Shown here in pieces: positions 17,601 through 23,472 of a stretch of 32,000 nucleotides of DNA. Source of the DNA: Telmatocola sphagniphila (lineage in GTDB: Bacteria > Planctomycetota > Planctomycetia > Gemmatales > Gemmataceae); assembly GCF_018398935.1 (NCBI RefSeq), contig NZ_CP074694.1, positions 2,010,001 to 2,042,000 on the forward strand. Direction: 5' to 3'. Position 1 is the first letter of the stretch, and each line of letters starts with the position of its first letter. Below the pieces are notes generated by a model. The model worked only from the letters and a program-made list of their open reading frames with translations. It did no database searches and was not told the origin of the DNA. The position numbers and the translations under genes are program-made.

Positions 17601-18144
17601 AAATGGGACCGGATTGGGCCTGGCAACGGTTTTCGGGATCGTCAAACAGAGTGCTGGCCACATCGCCGTGTACAGCGAGGTCGGGGTCGGCACCTCGTTC
17701 AAAGTGTACCTGCCTAGAATCGAGCAACAATCTAAAGTCTTGAAAGCCCCGTCTCGAATTCTGACGCCCCCGCGCGGAACGGAGACAATCCTGTTTGCGG
17801 AAGACGAACCCGGCGTACGAAACTTGACGTACCGAATTCTGGCAGGCTGTGGCTATAAGGTTCTGTTAGCAGGAGATGGAGAAGAAGCTCTGCGAATTGC
17901 CGAAGCGGATCGTGGGCCGATCCATTTGCTGATCAGCGATGTTGTCATGCCTGGAGCGGGCGGGCGCACGACTGCAGATCAAATCACTCGGATGCACCCC
18001 GAGGCTCGGGTTCTGTACATTTCCGGATACACCGACGACGCGGTCATCCGACATGGGGTTCTAAGGGAGGGTGTACATTTCCTTCAGAAGCCGTTTTCCC
18101 CAGCCGCGCTTGCAACCATTGTGCGGGAGATACTTGATTCGTAA
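14662..18144 (+). CDS. Hybrid sensor histidine kinase with LOV domain (REC-PAS x4-LOV-HisKA-HATPase_c-REC)
   Basis: 1160-aa longest ORF (GTG 14662). ATG 14707 and ATG 14719 are equally plausible starts, since the receiver begins at [12 protein letters not shown]. Four PAS-like modules. LOV ([31 protein letters not shown]...[11 protein letters not shown]...FVGVQEDVT). [35 protein letters not shown]-terminal REC. Confidence 0.92.
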   Translation: MTVEPSHIPEFTVNQMSQPMRLLIVEDKPDDAELVVLALKQQGLNTTWRRVETADEMRLALATGAWDAVLSDYTLPVFGAAASLAVVREFDPDLPFIVVSGTVGEDVAVRIMRAGANDYVLKHSLTRLAPALVRELREAENRRALKLADKVVRASEIRYRRLFEAAQDGILIVDVVSRQILDINPFLEKLIGYRHEELVGKELWEIGLFRDIEANKTAFHTLQEQGYIRYDDLPLATKNGLLIDVEFVSNIYREGDEQVIQCNIRDISARKRAEKVLLEKDLELTQAVRLARLGYWNRDLVTEYVEWSEMLYEIFGISRTRLELTFETFLATVHPDDRQAVANRIEAAVATIGSFEHSYRILVDGAVRVIHEVGRVIASEDGIPIRLAGSAQDITEQSKATATIQASEERYRTLITATTAIVWSSPPSGAFDTFQPAWTAFTGQTVEQHMGWGWLDAIHPDDREMSAQAWAAAVKDRCTYQLEHKIRRADGEYRDMSARALPILEPEGTVREWVGIHTDITDQKRAKERLYQSQERLSLATESARIGIWDWNVSSNEMDWDARMLALYGIREQEFSGAYNTWRNGLHPDDRDRAEAEIAAALAGVEDFHTEFRVVWPNGEVRHIEAHALVQLVPGGPATRMTGVNWDITDRKRAEDNLHMRDRAIQAATQGLMITDSSQADNPLVFVNHGFEQMTGYASEDILGLNCRFLQGVDTDPVAIARIREAILAEESYTLEILNYRKDGTPFWNKLSVAPVRGALGQLTHFVGVQEDVTARKSLEAQFRQSQKMDAFGQLAGGVAHDFNNLLTVINGYSDLLLQSLPSGDPSRELVSEILKAGERSAQLTRQLLAFSRQQVLAPRVLNLNEVVNEIDKMLRRLIGEDIRLTRTLESKLWAVQADTGQVEQVLLNLCVNARDAMPKGGRLTIETQNINLDENYARTHSDVPSGPYVLLSVTDTGSGMSMEVQERIFEPFFTTKGIGNGTGLGLATVFGIVKQSAGHIAVYSEVGVGTSFKVYLPRIEQQSKVLKAPSRILTPPRGTETILFAEDEPGVRNLTYRILAGCGYKVLLAGDGEEALRIAEADRGPIHLLISDVVMPGAGGRTTADQITRMHPEARVLYISGYTDDAVIRHGVLREGVHFLQKPFSPAALATIVREILDS

Positions 18145-18254
18145 TTTTGCCCTCAATGCCAGGTTGAAGCTCTGGACCAGACTACCTCTGCCTTAGAGTC
18201 TGTTCCAAAAGCCGGTTTAAGCAGCTAGCGCTTTAGAGTCTTTCTTCTTATCTT

Positions 18255-18280
18255 TTGCGCTTTTTGCGCAAACTTTTTGT
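18255..18280 (+). terminator. Weak hairpin plus T-run between convergent genes
   Basis: ttgcgc-ttttt-gcgcaa (6-bp stem) followed by actttttgt. The stem is short and lies about 110 nt after the kinase stop. Confidence 0.25.
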
Positions 18281-18288
18281 GTATTTTA

Positions 18289-19836
18289 TTAAATCGCGGT
18301 TTTGAGTTCTTTCGGGAACTCTTTGATGCGGATACGAACGGCCGCCGCCATCACCGCATTGCCTTTATCCGTCACGTGATAGCGATGCGCCCGCGGGACT
18401 TTCCGAATCAATCCATGAGCGCGCAACCTTCCCAATTGTCGCGAGACTCGTTGCGTTTGCCGACGCCGTTCAGCGGCATCCCGGGCGGGCTCGTTCAACG
18501 CTTTCAGGATGTCGTGGTTGCGAAACCCATTGATGCGATTATCGCCGCATAAGACAGCCAGGAATAGCTTCTGTTCTTCGGCGTGCATCAAGTTCAAGCC
18601 GCGTCGCTTCCGGTTACCCAGAGAGACGGGTTGACTCAGTTGGTCGAGTTGACGCACGGTGACCGAAGGAGCGTCCACAACGGCCAAAGCCTCGAGATAG
18701 CGTCGATTCGAAGCGCGGGCGACTTCGAGGTAGCGATAGAAATTAGACACGCCTTTGTTCATGGGGCACCAGGCCATTTTTTCGACCCCTTTGCGGATGC
18801 ATCGACGGCGGACGTGGAACTCGCCTGGCTGGTTGATTACTGTTTCAATGCGGAGAATCCGTTCGAATTTGTCGTACATTTTCAGCCAATTGCCTTTCAT
18901 GCGGTGCTTGACGCGTGTGCCCGGTGCCCGTTTCTTGCGGCCCAGAGTAAGAATTTCTCCGTCGAATTGAGGATAGAGCTTGCGTCCCAGGAATTTCATA
19001 AGGTCGTCGGCAGAGAACTGTTGAATCGAGTGATCGACCAGACGCGGGTAAAGAGCTTGTAAGTCTTCACGACTTCGGAACAAAACGTCCGTGCTGTACT
19101 CGGCTCGATCGATCACCCAGTAGTATTGGCAGCGGTTCAGCCAGTCTTTTTTCAATAGCGGATTGGCCCGGCGGACCCAACGGTCGAGAATTTTGATCCA
19201 ATTCAAATGGGCAAAGCGATCGGCCAGACGTTGAGCGGCTTCGGGATTGTCGAGTTGAACGAAGGCATTATCGCTTTGAAGGAAGCCGATCTGCTTTTCG
19301 TTCATCTGGCGGGCCAGCCAGTCGTGACCGTTGACGTAGACTTGGACGCTGTAAGGAAAGAAGGTTTGGATGCGGACATGGATCAGTCCGAACTCGGGAT
19401 CGAGAGAATAGAAATAGACGACGCGTTGCGGGCGAGACGTGAAGTACAATTCCGGTCGATCCTTGCCGGGACGCAGCTTGACGCCGCGACCGGTTTCCAT
19501 GCAGCACAGCACGGCGACCAGTCCTTCCTTTAGACTGCGTTTGGCAATCTCCTCGCGGATGATCTGCTCTTTGGTGTGCTCCCCTTGGAGAAACTGATAA
19601 GGAGCACCGGCTTCGGCGGCGACTCGTTTGCCATGTTCCACCAGTTCTTCGGACAGACCTTCCAGGAAGGGAACGAAGTCTTTGCGACGCATGCCCAGTC
19701 CGCTATCGCAGAGACGGTGGAGATCTCCATTCTTGAAAAAGGGAAGATATCCTTTGAAAATCACGCGGTCGTGACATTCCAGAACGGATAGAATGGAATC
19801 GGCGAACTTCTTCGTAAATGAGTTGATCGTCGGCAT
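18289..19836 (-). CDS. Conserved-looking hypothetical protein, 515 aa (function unknown; C-terminal winged-helix-like segment)
   Basis: Long uninterrupted ORF with host-like codon composition. The C-terminal RQLGRLRAHGLIRKVPRAHRYHVTDKG resembles a wHTH recognition segment. I could identify no catalytic motif. Confidence 0.7.
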   Translation of the reverse strand: MPTINSFTKKFADSILSVLECHDRVIFKGYLPFFKNGDLHRLCDSGLGMRRKDFVPFLEGLSEELVEHGKRVAAEAGAPYQFLQGEHTKEQIIREEIAKRSLKEGLVAVLCCMETGRGVKLRPGKDRPELYFTSRPQRVVYFYSLDPEFGLIHVRIQTFFPYSVQVYVNGHDWLARQMNEKQIGFLQSDNAFVQLDNPEAAQRLADRFAHLNWIKILDRWVRRANPLLKKDWLNRCQYYWVIDRAEYSTDVLFRSREDLQALYPRLVDHSIQQFSADDLMKFLGRKLYPQFDGEILTLGRKKRAPGTRVKHRMKGNWLKMYDKFERILRIETVINQPGEFHVRRRCIRKGVEKMAWCPMNKGVSNFYRYLEVARASNRRYLEALAVVDAPSVTVRQLDQLSQPVSLGNRKRRGLNLMHAEEQKLFLAVLCGDNRINGFRNHDILKALNEPARDAAERRRQTQRVSRQLGRLRAHGLIRKVPRAHRYHVTDKGNAVMAAAVRIRIKEFPKELKTAI

Positions 19837-19911
19837 GGCGTCGAGTCTCCAACGGTTGTGTGGTTACTTCCATTGGATAAACCGACGCCATGTTCGTTAA
19901 TACCTAGGGTT

Positions 19912-19947
19912 GCGGGCATTGCCCGCGTTAAGAAATATTCGTATATA
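19912..19947 (+). promoter_or_regulatory. 15-bp perfect palindrome overlapping a sigma70-like promoter candidate
   Basis: The palindrome gcgggcattgcccgc spans 19912-19926. TTGCCC (19919-19924), a 17-nt spacer and TATATA (19942-19947) lie about 65 nt upstream of the CBS-HEPN start. The site sits in the divergent intergenic region. Confidence 0.3.
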
Positions 19948-20011
19948 TGTCTAAAATCCCCGAAGTCCCGCTCTATGGCCCACAGAGATTTTTACACCCG
20001 GAACCCCACCC

Positions 20012-20863
20012 GTGGACAGTTTCTTACCAGGAACCGAACCAAGCCTGAATGGCCAACCGCGTGAGCCCCACTCCTTTACAAATGTCGTCTCACTCATCGA
20101 CCTCGCTCTGACACAGTACAAAGACGTTGTTACTGTCACGCCAGCCACGTCCGCTCGGGAAGCGATTCGGCTCCTCACTCAACACCGTTTCTCGCAAGTC
20201 CCCGTTGTAGACCGGGGTCAGATCGCTGGGTTATTCTCCTACCGATCCTTTTCACTCGCCGTAGTGAACGCCTTTGATCTGCCAGGGCGACACAGGGCAG
20301 ATGGACTGTCTGTCTGGGAGTGCATTGAGAGTCCCAGCTTTGTGCAAGGAACTGACGAGTTCCAACGTTTGTTCGATCTACTCGATCATCGCGATGCGGT
20401 TCTTGTTGGAACACAGGGGCGGTGTAATGGCATCGTAACCGCGATGGGCGTGTTGCGGTATCTTTTTGAGACGACAAGCCCATTCCTGCTTGTGGCCGAA
20501 ATCGAACTCTCCCTCCGAGCAGTCATCGAACTTTCCCTGGATCCTGATGAACTGAGCCTTTTCGCCAGCTCGAGTCTCGTGCATTATACACCGGAGAAAA
20601 TGCCGACGAAGCTTGAAGATATGACCTTCAGCGATTACGTCGTACTGATTGGGCACGGCAGCAACTGGGACCGTTTCAATCGAGTCTTTCATGGGGACCG
20701 TGCACTCACACATGCGAAATTGAAACAGCTCAAAGATCTGAGAAATGATGTCTTCCATTTCCGCCGAAGACTGGCCGACAGGGACCGCGACATCTTGACC
20801 GAGTCGCGTGATTGGATGCGTCGATTGGTAACACTTGCTGGCGGACTGGAGGACTGGACATGA
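20012..20863 (+). CDS. CBS-pair domain protein fused to a Swt1-like HEPN domain (predicted ligand-regulated RNase)
   Basis: 283 aa, GTG start. Two CBS motifs (VVTVTPATSAREAIRLLTQHRFSQVPVVDRGQIAGLFS; SFVQGTDEFQRLFDLLDHRDAVLVGTQGRCNGIVTAMGVLRYL). The C-terminal half carries AEIELSLRAVIE...MTFSDYVVLIGHGSNWDRF...LKDLRNDVFHF, with the HEPN Rx4H motif (R244-H249, nt 20741-20758). Confidence 0.8.
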   Translation: MDSFLPGTEPSLNGQPREPHSFTNVVSLIDLALTQYKDVVTVTPATSAREAIRLLTQHRFSQVPVVDRGQIAGLFSYRSFSLAVVNAFDLPGRHRADGLSVWECIESPSFVQGTDEFQRLFDLLDHRDAVLVGTQGRCNGIVTAMGVLRYLFETTSPFLLVAEIELSLRAVIELSLDPDELSLFASSSLVHYTPEKMPTKLEDMTFSDYVVLIGHGSNWDRFNRVFHGDRALTHAKLKQLKDLRNDVFHFRRRLADRDRDILTESRDWMRRLVTLAGGLEDWT

Positions 20864-21021
20864 CCCATCGAGTTCCTGAACCAGCTTCTCACAAAAAAAA
20901 GGCTACCCCCAGATCAAAAAGTGGTGATCGAAGCCGGATGTTTCGATCCACCTACCGTTAATGAACTATCAAGGGATACTTAACCGAACCGCCATCATAC
21001 TTCATAGAATCCGGTACCCAC

Positions 21022-23472
21022 ATGAGTAAACCCCACGAATCCGAATCCGTCCCTTCTAACGCCAACCTAGGAAACGATCCTGAAAAGCTCATAAGTTGGT
21101 TCCAGTCCGACGTAAAACCGTTCCTCGAAAACATCCAACCTGAAAAGGTCGGCCCTCTCGAGGCCGATGCACATAACTTAGAGGCGGTAGCCCAAACGGC
21201 TGATCAAGAACTAACCGTCTGTTTTCTAGGTAACGCTGGAGTTGGTAAGAGTACCCTCATCAACTCGTTAGTGGCCGGCAAGGACGTCATCCTGCCTGCT
21301 GGCGGCATCGGCCCGCTTACCGCTCAGGCGCTTGCTGTACGATATGCCCCCCAACGCCGGTTCGAGGTTGAGTATCATCCGCCCCAGAACTTATGGCAAC
21401 TCACGTTTGCCCTTGAGAGTGTCTTGCAAAGGGAGGCCCGCCGGGATCGGTCGGTGAGTGGAGAAGACGAACTGAAGCAGGAGAGTGGCAACGAGACCCG
21501 TACCGAATCGGAGTTAGGGGCCGTTAGCGGTCCTCAGCTCGGTAAAACTCTCGAAGAGCTAAAACGGCAGGCTCAACTGCTCGTTACGGGCGATCAAGAC
21601 CAGCAGACTGATCTCGACTACCTCGTCGACACTCTCCGAGAAGCGACAGCAAACAAACGGATCTGGGGGACTACCCCACGTCCTGAGGATGAAGCACGTG
21701 TGCGACAGATCCGCGAGGCCCTTTCCTGGGCGTCAGAAACTGGCAAGCCGTGTACTTTCACGGCCGAGGATGCAGGGTTCCAGGCCGCACTAGGCCACCA
21801 CGCATCCGGGTTCCTTGCCCCGCTTATAAAGGAACTACGCGTCTACTGGGATAGCCCACTTCTATCGGAAGGGGTGACTCTCGTCGATCTCCCCGGTGTC
21901 GGGATCGTCAACGACGTATACGAGGCGACAACTAGCAAGTGGATACGCGAACGGGCTCGAGCCGTCATTCTGGTGGTTGAGACCCGCGGGCTGAACGCGA
22001 CTCACGCTGAACTCCTTCGTAGTAGCGGCTTTCTCAACCGACTTTTATACGCGGCAGACGATCCAACTGCCGACCCCGTGGTACTCATGGTGGTTGTAGT
22101 AAAGGGAGACTTAGTTGCCGAAGAGGAGTACATCAAAGATCGGTCACGGAAGAAGCGCGAGCACTTCGCCGACGTCCGCTCAAAGTCGATTGAGCACATT
22201 CGGCATCAACTCCGAAGTCAACTCGAGGAAGTGTGGGCATCCGATGATGTAACCCGTGAGCGGACACGTAAGGGTGTCATCGAGACGATACTTGCCGGAC
22301 TCCAGGTGCATCCGGTATCCGCACCTCAGTACCGTAAGCTGCTAGAGGCCGATGAGGACGACCGTGCCTTCATCAGTGAATCCCATCAGAGTGGAATCCC
22401 GGGATTAGTTGCCGGCCTGACCGATCTGGCTCGCAGCCAGCGGCAGGCGCAAGCCCTTCGCCTGCGGGAGGTGGGCGGGGATTTTTTTCAACGTGTCCTG
22501 GCCACAGTCCGGGTGAATCAGGCGAAGTGGCGTGAGGAGGCTCGGGCAAGTCAGGAGGCGGAGCGGCTTCGCAGTGAGCTCGATGAGTTCCTGGAGCCGC
22601 TCCGACGGGAGTTTCATGCTCGGCAAGGGGCATTCCGCGAGTTCCTCCGTGAGACGTTACCGTCTAACATTCGGGAACTCGTAGAGAAGGCCAAGGGCCA
22701 GTCGAGCCGTGACATTGAGAAGTATTTGAACACACTACAGGACGCCCATTGGGCCACTCTGCGAGCTGCGGTTCGAAAAGGTGGTGCATTTGACGGCGCT
22801 CGCAACATTAACCTTCCACTTGATTTCGCAATCCGTTTCGAAGAGCCAATCGCTGAAGTGTGGGGGAAATCAGTCCTCAAAGAGATCCGCGGGCGTACTC
22901 AGCAGTTCGCCCGGGACTGCGTTACGTTCGTCGATCAGGTGGTAGAGTGGGCAAAAAAGCAAGGGGCGAGGGTCCAGACCCAGCTTGTCCTCGCCCAGCG
23001 GGAAGAGATCATTGCCGACGCAAAGCGGTTGGAGGCGGTGGGCCGGGAAATGGTTAACGAGCTCCGGGACCAGGTGAAGAACACCCTTATACGCAAGGTC
23101 GAGGGGCCTATCAGGAAAAAGTGTGAGAAGTTTGTAAAGGATAACGAGGATCGTGGGAGTGGGGTAAAGGTTCGAATCCTCGGCTTATTTAACCAGCTGG
23201 CGCGGGATGCGACCGAGGCCGCCAGTGTCCCTGCTATCGAAATCCTAACCGCGCAGTTCAGGGAGGTAGAAAAGGAGATCCTGGTTGTCTTTGAGCAGCA
23301 TACGGATCCGCTAACATCAGCTGCTGACTCGATCGTCGCTTCACACGAACTCCGTGTCAAGCGAAGTGACGCGCAGAAACGAAAGAAGGTATTGGCTGAC
23401 GTCGACGCAGTATTGACCGCGTGCCCGTGGCCCTTGCCAGCAGAAACCAGTAACGAGGGAGGTGGTCAGTGA
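21022..23472 (+). CDS. Dynamin-superfamily large GTPase (bacterial dynamin-like protein)
   Basis: 816 aa. G1 GNAGVGKS (nt 21229-21252). G2 region GPLT. G3 LVDLPG. G4 VVKGD. A roughly 190-aa insert lies between G2 and G3. The C-terminal region of about 450 aa is highly charged and helical. I saw no strongly hydrophobic paddle or TM segment. Confidence 0.85.
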   Translation: MSKPHESESVPSNANLGNDPEKLISWFQSDVKPFLENIQPEKVGPLEADAHNLEAVAQTADQELTVCFLGNAGVGKSTLINSLVAGKDVILPAGGIGPLTAQALAVRYAPQRRFEVEYHPPQNLWQLTFALESVLQREARRDRSVSGEDELKQESGNETRTESELGAVSGPQLGKTLEELKRQAQLLVTGDQDQQTDLDYLVDTLREATANKRIWGTTPRPEDEARVRQIREALSWASETGKPCTFTAEDAGFQAALGHHASGFLAPLIKELRVYWDSPLLSEGVTLVDLPGVGIVNDVYEATTSKWIRERARAVILVVETRGLNATHAELLRSSGFLNRLLYAADDPTADPVVLMVVVVKGDLVAEEEYIKDRSRKKREHFADVRSKSIEHIRHQLRSQLEEVWASDDVTRERTRKGVIETILAGLQVHPVSAPQYRKLLEADEDDRAFISESHQSGIPGLVAGLTDLARSQRQAQALRLREVGGDFFQRVLATVRVNQAKWREEARASQEAERLRSELDEFLEPLRREFHARQGAFREFLRETLPSNIRELVEKAKGQSSRDIEKYLNTLQDAHWATLRAAVRKGGAFDGARNINLPLDFAIRFEEPIAEVWGKSVLKEIRGRTQQFARDCVTFVDQVVEWAKKQGARVQTQLVLAQREEIIADAKRLEAVGREMVNELRDQVKNTLIRKVEGPIRKKCEKFVKDNEDRGSGVKVRILGLFNQLARDATEAASVPAIEILTAQFREVEKEILVVFEQHTDPLTSAADSIVASHELRVKRSDAQKRKKVLADVDAVLTACPWPLPAETSNEGGGQ

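Noticed and set aside
18145-19990. Terminal inverted repeats flanking the 515-aa gene, which would make it a discrete IS.
   Set aside because: Only short ambiguous matches were found (cc[a/t]tagag). I found nothing that I would accept as IRs or target duplications by eye.
20925-20947. Inverted repeat gatcgaa-N9-ttcgatc in the 158-bp gap between the CBS-HEPN and GTPase genes.
   Set aside because: The stem is only 7 bp with no T-run. It could be a weak attenuator or a chance match. There is not enough support to annotate it, and the genes may still be co-transcribed.
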